Assembly (NCBI GenBank): GCA_040285825.1
Contig: JAUPSS010000002.1
Coordinates: 2,356,001 to 2,420,000, forward strand
Source of the DNA: Eukaryota sp. TZLM1-RC
Lineage: Eukaryota > Protista > Metamonada: BaSk clade
Reading direction: 5' to 3'
Length of the DNA: 64,000 nt
How positions within the stretch are numbered: the first letter of the stretch is position 1; each line of letters opens with the position of its first letter. Both the position numbers and the translations under genes were made by a program. This document shows positions 1 through 12,180 of the stretch, piece by piece. The notes under the pieces are model-generated. The model saw nothing but the letters and a program-made list of their open reading frames with translations. It did not search any database and was not told where the DNA came from.

Positions 1-2146
1 TTACAGAAGCTCACAGAGCCTGTACTCTCCGTGCTACTCATCATCCCAACTACATTCCGTTAAATCAACGATACGATGAGCCAGCCCACGAGTGGGACAT
101 TTTCAGAGCTGGCGCTAAAATCAATCCAGCTGGCATCAGCTCTTGCGTTGACACCGATGTCATATCTACCCTTGCCATGGCTACAGGTGGTACAAGGCCC
201 GGTCTCCAACTCCATCAAATCAACGATGAAGAACTGTGGGAGAACATTCTCTTCGCTTCCCAGTTTCCAAATCTGGCCACTGCCAAACTCACATTATCCC
301 AATTCAAAATGGACTGGAATATCTCCAATTACCAGAGTAGATGGATTAAATATATATCGCAGGTCGGCTTTGTCGTCAATCAATCAATGGGGATGAGAGA
401 TACACTAGCTATCGATCAGAAACTATGATCCATCAGACGACTTCGCTCTTCCAGACCCAGACGACCTTCGGGATACCCACAAAATCCTCATTCTAAAAGA
501 GAAATGTGCATCTGCAATCCCCATGTTCGATCCTTGGTTGAGTAGAATCCGTTCAGAGCAAAGACAAGCTGTTGCAGCTTACGAACGTTCATTTAATAAC
601 TGTTCCGTCAATCATCTTGACCTCTACGTTAACGAATCAGGCAAGATCATCATCCCGTCATCACTCATCAACGACACGCTCTTGATCATACATGGTTATG
701 TATCAGGCGGTCATCCTAGTATGTCTGAGAGTTTACGCAGGCTATCCTCTAGCGACTACTACTGGCCCAGTATGACTGATGATATGAAGAACCACGTGCG
801 TTCTTGTCCATCATGTCAGAAAACGGCACCTGTCCCCAAATCTATCACTCCTTCCACCGGATCTCTCTGGGCTGACAAACCCTTTGCGAGATTGAACGTG
901 GGTACCATTGGTCCTCTTCCTCCAGATCAAGAGGCCAATAAATACATCTTAGTTTTCGTGGACAGTTTCACTCGGTATACAATCCTCGTGCCCCTCAAAG
1001 AATTAAACGCAAGGCTGACAGCAGACGCTTTGATTTGGAGTGTGTGCGCAATCTTCGGTATACCTTACAGCATTCACAGTGACAACGGCCCAGAATTCGC
1101 CAACAACGTGTTTAAATCACTGTGCGAATTCCTGTCTATCAACATGACGAACAGTATTCCAAATATCAGTCAATCAAATGGCCTAGTTGAACGACGTCAT
1201 AGAGTTATTTTACAAAATCTTAGGAAGCTCCGAATCGATTTTAACGCCTATGACAACTGGTCAGAATACATACCTTACGTACAACTCTTAACGAATTCGT
1301 CTAAGAGCTCTGTCACAGGTTTCAGTCCATTCGAGCTGCTTATGTTTGGGTCAGACGTCAGTCCCAGAGCTGACCCTTTTTCAATTTTCTCCACCATCGA
1401 AAAGGCTACCACTGAGGTTCCTTTCATTCTGGATATCCAATCTAAATTTAATCGATTGAAAGAAAAACGAGAAAAAGCAGAAATCACCCAAACATCGAAA
1501 TCGCCGGAGGAGAAGCCAAGCACGAGTAACTTGCTATTCGAAGTTGGATGTTTAATCCTCAAATCATCTAGTAACTCCAAATTACATGGGAATTATCTGG
1601 GCCCATATCTGGTCATCGACAAACCTAGTAAATCAACTTTATTATTAAAGAATTTAATCACAGGTGTCGAATCTAAGGCTTGCATTTCACAATGCAAATT
1701 GTACCATTCTGACAAATCCACTGATGATGAGTTTCATCGTATCGTGGCCTCAGGTGATACTGAGGAACATCTTCTATTAGAAGTTCTTAGCCAGGATGGC
1801 AACGAGTGTCAAGTCATATACGCTGGAGATGTAGGAGGCACTGAGCCTGTCGACCGCATTAAGAACACCAAGGCCTACCAAGCCTTTCTCCAGACTAATA
1901 AGTCACGACCCCCCACTAGTCAACCTACTCGCAAACAACCTCGTAGAAGAGCTAGAAAAGACGGTCGAAAGGAGGGGAAAAAGTAGTGTTAGTCTTTACG
2001 CTATTCTAGAGTGTAGATAGACTTATCTATTTATTCTTGTTTTTTAGCTTAATGTTCATTGTTTATTCATGGAGACCTCACTAGTGATGGTATGGAAATT
2101 CATTATAGCTCATTTCTCGTCGTAATAAAATTACTATCTGTTCACA
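1..2146 (+). mobile_element. 3' part of a Ty3/Gypsy LTR retrotransposon (integrase, PPT, 3' LTR starting 1987; LTR end uncertain, ~2146)
   Basis: Integrase ORF ends in purine tract GGAGGGGAAAAAGTAG directly followed by TGTT at 1987, the same layout as the 46900-53757 element. AATAAA at ~2124; ...TTCACA followed by TATA at 2147. Confidence 0.8.
523..1986 (+). CDS. Gypsy integrase (HHCC zinc finger, rve core, GPY motif, degenerate chromodomain-like tail); first catalytic Asp appears changed to Gly
   Basis: H..GH...CPSCQ, VFVDSFTRY, HSDNGPEF, SNGLVERRH, GPYLV. RLNVGTIGP here versus RLNADTIGP in the paralog at 52191. Confidence 0.9.
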   Translation: MFDPWLSRIRSEQRQAVAAYERSFNNCSVNHLDLYVNESGKIIIPSSLINDTLLIIHGYVSGGHPSMSESLRRLSSSDYYWPSMTDDMKNHVRSCPSCQKTAPVPKSITPSTGSLWADKPFARLNVGTIGPLPPDQEANKYILVFVDSFTRYTILVPLKELNARLTADALIWSVCAIFGIPYSIHSDNGPEFANNVFKSLCEFLSINMTNSIPNISQSNGLVERRHRVILQNLRKLRIDFNAYDNWSEYIPYVQLLTNSSKSSVTGFSPFELLMFGSDVSPRADPFSIFSTIEKATTEVPFILDIQSKFNRLKEKREKAEITQTSKSPEEKPSTSNLLFEVGCLILKSSSNSKLHGNYLGPYLVIDKPSKSTLLLKNLITGVESKACISQCKLYHSDKSTDDEFHRIVASGDTEEHLLLEVLSQDGNECQVIYAGDVGGTEPVDRIKNTKAYQAFLQTNKSRPPTSQPTRKQPRRRARKDGRKEGKK

Positions 2147-2364
2147 TATATGTCTGACTCTAGCCCACAGGCAAACTTATTAAAATTTTTGTGCTTCTGG
2201 TGACAAAGGCGATATTTACTGAAATTGAATAGATAACTTTGAAGCTATTGTTTACTATGTTTCTTGTATTGTTACAAATGATACAACGGTTCGGAGAAGA
2301 TAACTAAATCCTGCTGAAGTACTCAGATTCAAGAAAACAATAAAATCACGGTCATGATAATTGC

Positions 2365-3300
2365 TTTTATTGAACATTCACACTTAATAAAATTAATTCA
2401 TAACTAATGGGACGAAATTCATTGAACCAAGATTTCCTCTACAAAATCTTGATCTGCTTGCGTCTAGCTGAAGCTTCTCTAAATCGATTGAAAAACCGAG
2501 GTAATCTATTAATAAAGGTAAAATGAATCCGAGAGCGCCATAAAAAAATATCAAATCTTTTCATTGTTTTTTCTTGAACCATTTTTTGGTAGTCATTCAA
2601 AAATATTTCTGCTTCTACTGATAGTCTTCCGTTTATCGAAAATGGGAAAGCAATAAAAACTAATGGTGTATTTCTACCAGCATTAGCTTCTTTGATATCT
2701 CTGTCATGTTTTCTATGTTTTTCTTCAGCTTTAAATTCAGAAGCACCTACAGGATTAGGTTTTCTTCTGTGAACCAAAGTTTCATTCGCAACCTTACATG
2801 AGACAAAGTCAACAACAGCTTCAGAGTTATCAATCCAATCACAATATACATCACCTCTATCATCAGAACCAAAATTGTTCAATGGCAGTGTTTCCTTCAG
2901 CAGGAGTTTTTTGATACACGAAATTCTTGCAGTTTGTGCCATATTAAAAACAGTGTCTTTAACAGCATCATGTAATGAAGAACGATAAGTTATCATTTTC
3001 GAAAAGTTCAGAGCATGCCGCAAAGTGAGCTGAGGTGAATTCGAACAGATACATTTTTCTTTTGATAATAATTGATTAGTGGGGTTATTCAAATATAATC
3101 TCATTTTTGTTACAACCGCTTCATTAGTAGCACACAGTCCAAATCTTCGTGGTACAATGGTTACAAACAATGAAGAATCTGATGACTGGTTTTCACAAAC
3201 ACCCTTTTCCAATAACATGAGTGTAGATCTTGATTTAAAACAGCCGAGCTGCATATAATATTATAAAGATCATTTTCACACATTCGGGTCAATCGTTTCT
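2365..3300 (-). mobile_element. 5'-truncated RLE-type non-LTR retrotransposon, family A (ORF 2439-3254)
   Basis: CxC..HALN zinc knuckle, RSSLHDAV, SDDRGDVYCDW...DF..EEKHRK endonuclease motifs; 3' UTR CGTCCCATTAGT...CAATAAAA shared with other copies. Confidence 0.85.
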
Positions 3301-3411
3301 GTAGACCTAAAAATTAGAGTTGGCCATTTTTGGGCCATCCATTTATTTATCCATCCGACTGGATATGGGTCGAATTTTTTTCAAATGTAAGGATAACGCA
3401 TTGAAGCTAAC

Positions 3412-4512
3412 TGTTGTTGTTACTGATCATCTAACCTGGTAGACAAATGAGAAATTCACATGATGACGTGGCACTTGTTCAAGAACATGTATTTTTATCA
3501 ATAAAGCTCTCTTTTTTTCTTTTCATCTTTGGTATTTCTGCCTAACGGAATCAATAATTATTGGCCCTCACTGCAGATGCTTTCTACCCGCGAAGTACCC
3601 TCCTCTCTTGATTCCATGAAAGTGAATGATGTGCTCTTGTTCTTACAGGAGTGGAATGTGTACTCTTCTGTTACACCGAAAAAGGGCCTTGTTCCAGCAA
3701 GGCTCCTTGTTGACCCTCTTGCTGGAATCATTAATTTTCACAAGACCTCGGGTCGATTCGTCCGATGAGGTGTTTCTGGATCATCTTAGATCCTCCACCT
3801 CGTTTTCTTCGTACGAGGACTTCAACTTGGCGATGGCTGAGTTGAAGGTTGATGTCCGTAAGGGCGACGTCTGTGAACGTTTGCTTCCTGAGATGTTTTT
3901 TCAGGCGAAGAGCAGGGCTTCCGGTCTGAAATTGCCTGCCTCAGCCTTCATGCTCCGATTCGCCAAGGGGATTCTTCCAATAGGATAACAGAAATAGATG
4001 ATTTCTCGCATTAGGGACGAGGTATTCCCCGACTTTCCTACCTTGGTAAGTACTGCAGAAGATGAACTCCTTGATTGCTCTCGAATAGCTTCTTGGAACA
4101 AACCTCCAAAGACTTTTCATAAAACTACTGACTCTTTGCGCCAACCTGGAATGAAATCTCGGTCTTCCAATAGATTCCGCAATCTGGTTGAAGGAACGTG
4201 CTTTAACTGCCATCAGAAAGGCCATTTGTCTCGTGACTGTCCCTCTAAAGTGAAACACGAAGTGAATCATCTTTGTCTTTGCAAAGACCCACCCCAAAAT
4301 ATGTCAAATCCCCTCTCCTCATTGTGTTAAGTTATTTTTGAAACTGTTGAAAGAAAATGGGAAAAAGTTGTGTTGTTGTTAATGATAAACTAACCTAGTA
4401 GACGAATGAGGAATTCACATGATGACGTGGCACTTGTTCAAGAACAAGTATTTTTATCAATAAAGCTCTCTTTTCTTCTTTTCATCTTTGGTTTTTCTGC
4501 CTAACGGCATCA
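3412..4512 (+). mobile_element. Miniature gag-only LTR element (LTRs 3412-3553 and 4371-4512, TSD TAAC)
   Basis: Two 142-bp TG...CA direct repeats with about a dozen mismatches; TAAC on both flanks; purine tract before the 3' LTR; frameshifted gag fragments with CFNCHQKGHLSRDC knuckle. Confidence 0.9.
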
Positions 4513-4961
4513 TAACCATCCATCAATGACCCGCATGAGACATATTTTCTTTCTAACCTTTTTTTTCCTAAACTAAACGTTGGCGCTCTTAGGCTCATAT
4601 AAAATGAATAGAAAATAAGTCATCTTTATCTTAACTTCACGACTTAAGGCAACAATATCTATTGGCCTACATTAAATCGAAGGTAACTATTCAATTGTTT
4701 GCTTGTCTTTTCCTGTTGAAACTACAAATGTTACTTTTCAATTAATGAATTCACAGCACCCATGGAGAACACCACCGAATTTGGAAATATTGTATTATTG
4801 CAATGATATCTTTAATATTTGATATCAAATTTTTCAGAAGAAGGTAATTAACAACGGTCAAAAACAAGTAATTTCCAAGTGCGTGGCGGGGTGACTTGGT
4901 ATAAACAACTAATCAGAAATAGTAAAACAAAAATTGACTAATTTTATTTTAAAAACCAAAA

Positions 4962-5781
4962 TTAATTCCTTAAACGTTGTTCAACAGCAGCACTATTCTT
5001 TCTAATCTCGCTGGCTAAAATTCCCAAGGTAGCAAGTGCGTTAGTCTGACTACTGACACTCAATTCACCTTCACTACTGATTTCACCCAACACATTAGTA
5101 ATCTTTGCTAACAGATCCTCGTCAATGTCTTGCTTTGGGCTGTCGAGGTATTCCCTCAAAACAAGGAGATCTGACTCGTACTTTTTAATGTAATCATTAG
5201 AAGAAGAAATGGTTGAGGAAATTGGCTTGGAAGAGAGAGCAGACTCTCCAATCATTCGTAATGCATTTCGTTCTGCTTCTTCTGCTTCGACTCTGGTTTC
5301 AATAGGTGAGTACTGCAAAGAATCGGATAACTTGCAATAGTGAGCCTGGATTGGTACATCATCAGTTTCAAGGGAAGTGTCGAAGGAGATGATCAACGGA
5401 ACATTATGTTCTGAAAGATAAGAAGAAAGAGGTGTTATCAAAGAAGAAACGTCAGAGTGAGTGGTGTACAGACCAAGGAAAGATTCGATATTGTTACTGA
5501 TTGAACGATTGCGCTTGCTAAACTCCTTTATGGAGGGGTTGATGAGTTCAAGTATAGATGATAAGCTTTCAGGGAATTCCTAGAATAAGAAAAGATCAGA
5601 ATCTTACCTTAACATCACGATAGTGTTTGAGGGGGAAGGAGTTAGTGACGACAGCGATGTTGTTGTATACATAACCAAGAATAATACCCACTGCATACTT
5701 TGCATCAAGCTCACGACGAGAGTGATGATCTAAAGCATTGAAGACTACAAGAGGACGAAGAGAAACAGAAGAGACGATCAT
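4962..5781 (-). CDS. EIF3F: MPN/JAB1-domain protein, most like translation initiation factor eIF3 subunit F; 2 exons, intron 5580-5607
   Basis: VSLRPLVVFNALDHHSRR...VGIILG...VTNSFP and AEEAERNAL motifs. Removing the 28-nt GTAAG...TTCTAG intron joins ORF 5596-5781 in frame to ORF 4962-5441. Confidence 0.7.
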
Positions 5782-5819
5782 GGAATTGGAAACAAAATAA
5801 ATAATGTTTAAGTTGAATC

Positions 5820-6867
5820 TAGTGTTACACGAAAGGTACTTATCTTTTATTGAACTTTCACACTTAACAAAATAAACTCATAACTAATGGGACGAAATTC
5901 ATGGAACCAAGATTTCCTCATCAAAATCTTGATCTACTTGCTGTCTCGCTAAAGCTTCTCTACTTCGATTGAAAAACCGAAACAATCTATTAATTATGGC
6001 AAATTGAATTCGAGAGCGCCATAAAAAATAGCAAATTTTTTCATTGTTTTTTCTTGAACCATTTTTTTGAAATCATTCACAAAAGTTCCTGCTCCTACTG
6101 ACAGTCTTCCGTTTATCGAAAATGGGAAAGCAATAAAAACAAGTGGTCTATTTCTATCAGTATTAGCTTCTTCGATATTTTTGTCATACTATGTTTTTCT
6201 TTAGCTTTATATTCAAGAGCACTTACAGGATTAAGTTTTCTTCTTTGAACCAAAGTGTCATATGCAATATTACAGGAGACAAAGTCAACAACAGCTTCAG
6301 AGTTCTCAAACCAATCACAGTATACATCACCTCTATCATCAGAGTCAAAACTATTCAATGACAGTGTTTCCTTCAGCAGAGACTCTTTGATACACGAAAT
6401 TCTTGCAGTTCGTGCCATATTAAAAACTGTGTCATGTAATGAAGAACGATAAGTTATCAATTTCGAACAATTCAGAGCATGTCGCAAAGTGAGCTGAGGT
6501 GAATTCGAACAAATACATTTTTCTTCTGATAATAATTGATTAATGGGGATATTCAAATATAATTTCATTTTAATTACAAACGCTTCATTAGTGGCACACA
6601 ATCCAAATCTTCGTGGTATAATAATTACAAACAGTAACGAATCTGATGACTGATTTTCACAAACACCTTTTCCAATAAGAACGACTGGAGATCTCTATTT
6701 ACAAAAGTTGACCTACACCTATTTTTATAAAGATCATTTTCCTACATTCCATTCCGTTTCCGGACGATTCGCGACGTTTCTTATTACGTTTTCGATTCAA
6801 TTGTAGTGCGTCCGAATATTTCGGAAGCGTGGAAACGGAGAAACGGAAACCCTTTCGTGCACCACTG
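5820..6867. mobile_element. Possible hAT-like non-autonomous element interrupted by a family A retroelement
   Basis: TAGTGTTACACGAAAGG (5820) versus CCTTTCGTGCACCACTG (ends 6867) form an imperfect inverted repeat; subterminal GGAAACGG/CCGTTTCC repeats; no convincing TSD. Confidence 0.4.
5845..6745 (-). mobile_element. Family A RLE non-LTR retrotransposon, truncated and frameshifted
   Basis: ORF 6113-6601 homologous to 18287-19216; conserved 3' UTR. Confidence 0.85.
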
Positions 6868-7140
6868 TTTGACAATTAAAAAAAGGTGCAATCCCATCCA
6901 AGTCACAGCACAGAATGCAAACTACAAAACTCTATTGATCAAACTCAGAAGAAAGAAGCACTCCCACTGAGCACCTTTTTCACTGAGTAACACAGTACAA
7001 TTGTAGTTAAACGATTGATATTTACTCCTTTCCATCAGTTCTTGTTTTCTAGATTTCTTGTCGTTAGAGCAATTGAAAATTATAAACATCAACACAAAGG
7101 CAATATATATTTATATAAAGAATATACAACAAAAACAAAG

Positions 7141-8487
7141 CTAATTAATACCACTAATCACCTTCAACTTTGATGGAATCTTGGTGAAAATAAACAAACA
7201 TACTAATAGAGACACACCTCCAGCCACTTGCAAAGCCGTTGACGTAGTATTGGTGATTGAGATAAGGTAACTCAACCCAACAGTACAGAAAATCTGCCCT
7301 GTAGCCATTGCTAAACAAAATAAAGAAGAGCAAATACCCATATCAGAATCATTGGTGACAATACGTTCAATTAAAGCAAATGGTAAGGAAAATGCAACAG
7401 CAGTCTGAAAACCAAGCATGGAGACAGCAATAACAGATTGGGTCTTACCTAAAGGAACCATTGTAGCTACAAGTAACCCAATTCCAGCAAGCCAATGTCC
7501 CAGGCCATACAAAAGTTTAATTCTAAATAAACAAGAGTCCTTGCCAATAATTGCAGAGATTAAAGGTGCTGCAACCAAGCAAATGACGCTACCACCAGTC
7601 AAAGCTAATGAACCAACCTTAACTCCCTTGGTAAATAATTCTGGTGATGTTTCGGGATCGCCGCCAAAAACTTCTGTACCGAAAAAAGTAGTTGTGAATT
7701 GGAATACAGCAAAAATAGAAATCCATGATAGTATTTGAATCCAAATAAGAGTTTTGAAAAGCTTTGGTAACCTTTTAAGGGTGGTAGTGATATCTTTGAA
7801 AATAGACTTGTTGGAAGAGAATATGGAAGGAACAGGTTCTTTTGCAAAACAAATAGTGAACAGCATCGAGAAAAAGAAAATGCTCGCTGCAATAGTAAAT
7901 TGAGCAGCCATCTCTGAACTAAAAACACTGCCCAAAACAGGAAACATTTCAAACAAATCAAAGGAAGCAAGTAAATAACCAAGAACTGAGCCAGTACCTA
8001 CACTCCAGGAAAACCAAAGATTACCAGTAACTTGCTGGTGACTGGGACAGACATCAATTACAATAGAGTGAGCTAGGGATTCTAGGAGTTTGAAAGACAA
8101 ATCCATAAAAGCAATGAGAAAAAAGCAGACAAAAACTCTGTATTTGTGTGACAGTAGGGTGAAATAAGGCACCGAGGGCAAAACTAAGGCAGAAATGATC
8201 GCTGTCATGGAGAATACAAAGATAAAAGGACGACGTTTGCCGAAGGAACAATGAGATCTGTCCGAAAGCTTACCAATGAATGGTAAAAAGTAGATTGAGA
8301 GCAGCGCAGCAGCTAAATATGCCATACCAGCATCAGATTCAGAGAGACCGAGACTTTGAAGTAAAGGAACGGCAAAAGAGTATTCAGATGCCCATGAAAT
8401 CTCAACGCCTATGTTGATAAAGACAAGAGCAAGAAGCCTGAACTTCGAGAGTGACTTTGGTAATGACGATTGAAGAAAAGGTTCCAT
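7141..8487 (-). CDS. MFS/GPH-family sucrose/sugar transporter (SUT/SLC45-like)
   Basis: About 12 hydrophobic segments; GVEISWA and PFIGKLSDR...FGKRRPFI signatures. Confidence 0.85.
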   Translation of the reverse strand: MEPFLQSSLPKSLSKFRLLALVFINIGVEISWASEYSFAVPLLQSLGLSESDAGMAYLAAALLSIYFLPFIGKLSDRSHCSFGKRRPFIFVFSMTAIISALVLPSVPYFTLLSHKYRVFVCFFLIAFMDLSFKLLESLAHSIVIDVCPSHQQVTGNLWFSWSVGTGSVLGYLLASFDLFEMFPVLGSVFSSEMAAQFTIAASIFFFSMLFTICFAKEPVPSIFSSNKSIFKDITTTLKRLPKLFKTLIWIQILSWISIFAVFQFTTTFFGTEVFGGDPETSPELFTKGVKVGSLALTGGSVICLVAAPLISAIIGKDSCLFRIKLLYGLGHWLAGIGLLVATMVPLGKTQSVIAVSMLGFQTAVAFSLPFALIERIVTNDSDMGICSSLFCLAMATGQIFCTVGLSYLISITNTTSTALQVAGGVSLLVCLFIFTKIPSKLKVISGIN

Positions 8488-8554
8488 TGTTGTCGGAGTT
8501 GCAGGTTTCCGAAAAAAGGATCTCTTCGCAATAAATCCTTTTTTTAATGGATTG

Positions 8555-9262
8555 TTTTTTATTTATTTTCAAAAAAAACTAGAAATCAATATCTTCAAAA
8601 CAGCTTCCACACCATCACACCGTACAACAGCAATGTTTTGGTAATGCGAACTGCCAAACATCAGAGCTTTCGAAATCATCACAGAAATAGTTTTGAAAAT
8701 AGTAAAAACAATACAATGCAACCCCAAACGGCGATCAAAAAGCTTATTCATTCTTCTTTTCATAAGTTTTTCAAAATCATCAATAAAATTCATTGCAATT
8801 TTTCCAAGACGTCAAAGACGACAAAGGTATAGCAAATGGACAAATTTGGTAATCCACATGGCGAAGATGTTTCAATTTTTTCAAAGGATTTGCATATTTC
8901 TTCCGTTTATACAATTCTGAAACATCAAGGGGAGATACTTCGGATTGTGCATTTTTAAGGCATTTTTCTCTGCAAACATCCACTGTTACAACATCAACAA
9001 CATTCAAGACATCATCAAGTGAGGGCACAACAACATCAGCACGTCGTTTTTCATATTCTGAATCTCTTACGCTTTCATTTATATCAAGAGACCTCAACAA
9101 CGGTTCTACAAATGATTCAGTATGATAGGAGTTACACATTGCATGGATTTGATCTCTAATAGCATCACGCAAAGCGAAATGATAAAAAATAAATCTGTCG
9201 CAATAAAACAAATGTGATAATGTCAAACCAGTTCCACATTTGCAAAACAAATCATTGGGCAA
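8555..9262 (-). mobile_element. Family D RLE non-LTR retrotransposon 3' fragment
   Basis: CKCG..HLFYC, DAIRDQI, KRRADVVVP..DVVTVD, ELYKRKKY; A-rich tail near 8555. Confidence 0.8.
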
Positions 9263-9264
9263 TA

Positions 9265-10985
9265 AGTCCTAATACCAATCCTTTTTTGAGTGAGATATCT
9301 GGTGAACTTGAAAGTTTGACTACCCCAATCTGGAACAAATATTTCCCTCAATCAATACAGAAAATTCAAAACCGATCTTTAGTTTTGTTTAAAAAATACT
9401 TCGACCAAAATATTTGAAAACTTGGTTTTTGAGGTAACAATTGGTTTGGCTAAGAAAAGAAATGCCAATCTTTTAAAAAGTAAGTGTCAGTTTTAGTCTT
9501 CCGCCTTAGTAACAACCATTCCTCCAGTTTTTGACACTCTCTTAACTGATTTTGTTTTGAATAAAATATGTATAAAAAAATTCTGCCAGGATTTTGAATA
9601 TGAGATTTCGTTCCTTTATCTGGCATTCAAAATTTACCTCATAATTTTATTTGTAATTGTTGACGAAAACTTAAGTATTCATTGAACATGCACAGTTAAT
9701 TGAATTAATTCATAACTAATGGGACGAATATCATTGAACCAAGATTTTTTCTACAAAATCTTGATCTGCTTACTGTCTAGCTAAAGCTTCTCTTATTCGA
9801 TTGAGAAACCGAGGTAATCTATTAATAATGGCAAATTGAATCCGAGAACGCCATAAAAAAATATCAAATCTGTTCATTGTTTTTTCTTGAACCATTTTTT
9901 GGAAATCATTCAAAATAGTTTCTGCTTCAATTGATAATCTTACGTTTATCGAAAAGGGAAAAGCAATAAAAACTAGGTGTGTATTTCTACCAGCATTAGC
10001 TTCTTCAATATTTTATCATATTTTTTATGTTTTTCTTTTGCTTTAAAATCAAGAGCACTCACAGGATTAAGTTTTCTTCTGTGAACCAAAGTATCATTTG
10101 CAACAATACGTGAGACAAAGTCAACAATAGCTTCAGAGTTATCAATCAATCACAGTATACATCACCTCTATCATCAGAACCAAAATTATTCAGAGAAAGT
10201 GTTTCCTTCAGCAGAAACTCTTTGATACACGATATTCTTGGAGTTTGTGCCTTATTGAAAACAGTGTCTCTAACTGCATCATGTAATGAAGAACGATAAG
10301 TTATCAATTTAGAACAATTCAGAGCATGGCGCAAAGTGAGTTGAGGTGAATTCGAACAAATACATTTTTCTTTTGATAATAATTGATTAATGGGGATATT
10401 GAAAACTTGCAATTTCTGATTTGTTGAATGTTAAAAAAATTATTACCTTTAGAAGCAATAATCATGATTTTGTAAGACACGAATTATATTGTATGTGCAA
10501 GTTTCATAAAATTGAAACTTTTTTGGAGCCTCTAATGTCAAATCTGTTTGATGCTGAAGATGATTTTCATAAGAATAATAGAGGTGATGTCATATTAGCT
10601 GGATTAGATGGAATATTTGTTTTAGTGGATGTGATGTCTGTTGACTCATGTAATGTCTTTAATGAAAGGCTTGTTAATTGTGAAATTCATAATCCTCTTT
10701 CAAATGTTGAAAAATCCAAAATCAAAAAATACAATGAACCGTTGTCCAAATTGTGTACCCAATAACTTGCAAAATACAATTTGCATCCATTTATGTTGTA
10801 TCTACTTGGTACACTTGCTCCTGTCGCCTTTCGTTTTTCTGGCAGATTTTAAACTGATTGTTAAAAGAAAGAACTAATAGAAATTTTATCAGATTGTTTT
10901 GGCGAAATAGAATTGTGTTTCCTACTTTTAAGGGGATGTTGAAGATGATCTTTGATGCTCTGCTATTTTTTGAATCTCATTATAC
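9265..10985 (+). mobile_element. Decayed family B RLE non-LTR element (9265-9660 and 10415-10985) split by a family A insertion
   Basis: FPQSIQKIQNRS...HNFICNC resumes at 10415 as LLNVKKIITFRS...KNNRGDVILAGLDG. Confidence 0.75.
9675..10405 (-). mobile_element. Family A RLE non-LTR fragment nested in family B copy
   Basis: ORF 10146-10412 and downstream sequence match family A, including the 3' UTR. Confidence 0.85.
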
Positions 10986-11409
10986 TTAGAAATAGACAAC
11001 TAAATATACAAAACTGTCTAAATACCCATAACTCAAAGACAACAATTGTTGTGTGGGTAAAAATATAAGTCTAAAAGCTACTGACTATGTTACCCTCACA
11101 TTGTTTTTCTTCTTCTTCTCCTGTCAACAACATCATGTCTTCTCCTGCAATCTTAATAACAAATCCTGTTTTCAGTGGAACTCCCACAGCAAGAAGTAGA
11201 CCAAGAAGACGACGAGAACAGCATTGGAGCAAATATTCAGTCTGTTTTTGAAATAATAGAAGAATTTTCCGAAGTTCAAAAGCAAATGCTACTTCCTCGC
11301 CTTCAAACATTGATAACGACCATTGTAAAAGCTACAGGAGACCGTTCTCTGCAACTCCGAACTTTGACGTGTTCCACATATAGAAGATTAGATAGGAGTA
11401 AATGTGTCT

Positions 11410-11615
11410 GATCAGTCATAATAAAAGCAAGAGATATTTGATAAATAAAAAAAATATTCCAGAAAGACCTTACATGAAAGCAGCGATACCAAAGGTCCTA
11501 GACATGGATAACACACTGCATGAAGTGTGGATGTCTATAAAATCGTAATGGTTATGCTGTTCTTAATATGATTTATGTTGTGAAACCAGTATCTTAAAGG
11601 AAATGAAAGCCTTAA
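11410..11615 (+). pseudogene. Fanzor C-terminal remnant, same family as 40815-41750
   Basis: CMKCGCL*NRNGYAVLNMI; nucleotide match to the reverse complement of 40817-40940. Confidence 0.65.
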
Positions 11616-12090
11616 ATGGTAGTTTTACAATTTTAGACGCCAAGTCCATTGACCCTTGTAATTCTTCTAACGAACATTTCATTAAGTCAGATGAAATAAT
11701 CCTCTTCTTGCTGGCGAAAAATATACAATTGCTAAATATGCGAAACCCATTTCCTCTTTAAATGAAAATTCTCATGCCCAATATAATTTATGTCCCTTTG
11801 TTTTTTCTTTGCCTGGAACTCTAAGTAAGGCTGCTATGGCTTTCCTTGAGGATTTTGTTGTAGTTGTAAAGGAAAGAACTGGAAGAATTTTCAATCGTGT
11901 TTACTGCCAAAACAGGATTGTATTTTCTATTTGTAAGGGAATGGTGAAATAAATTTCTGATTCAATCTCTTCTTTTGGAAAATTTTCTGAATTTTTAGCA
12001 TTTAATTGTTTTGATGTAAGGGGGCAGACTTTGAAGATGTGGAGTTTTAATTGTGTATTTCCTTTTAGATCAATTAAATTGAAAAAAGTA
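11612..12090 (+). mobile_element. Family C RLE non-LTR 3' fragment
   Basis: Close match to 58945-59400 (SIDPCNSSNEHFI...RTGRIFNRVY). Confidence 0.85.
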
Positions 12091-12180
12091 TTTCCATGAA
12101 AGACCTCAAGTTTCATTTCATCTCCACCTCCAGTAATCTCAAGAGGTTACGACTATTTGACATTAGTGTGCTGTTATCCG

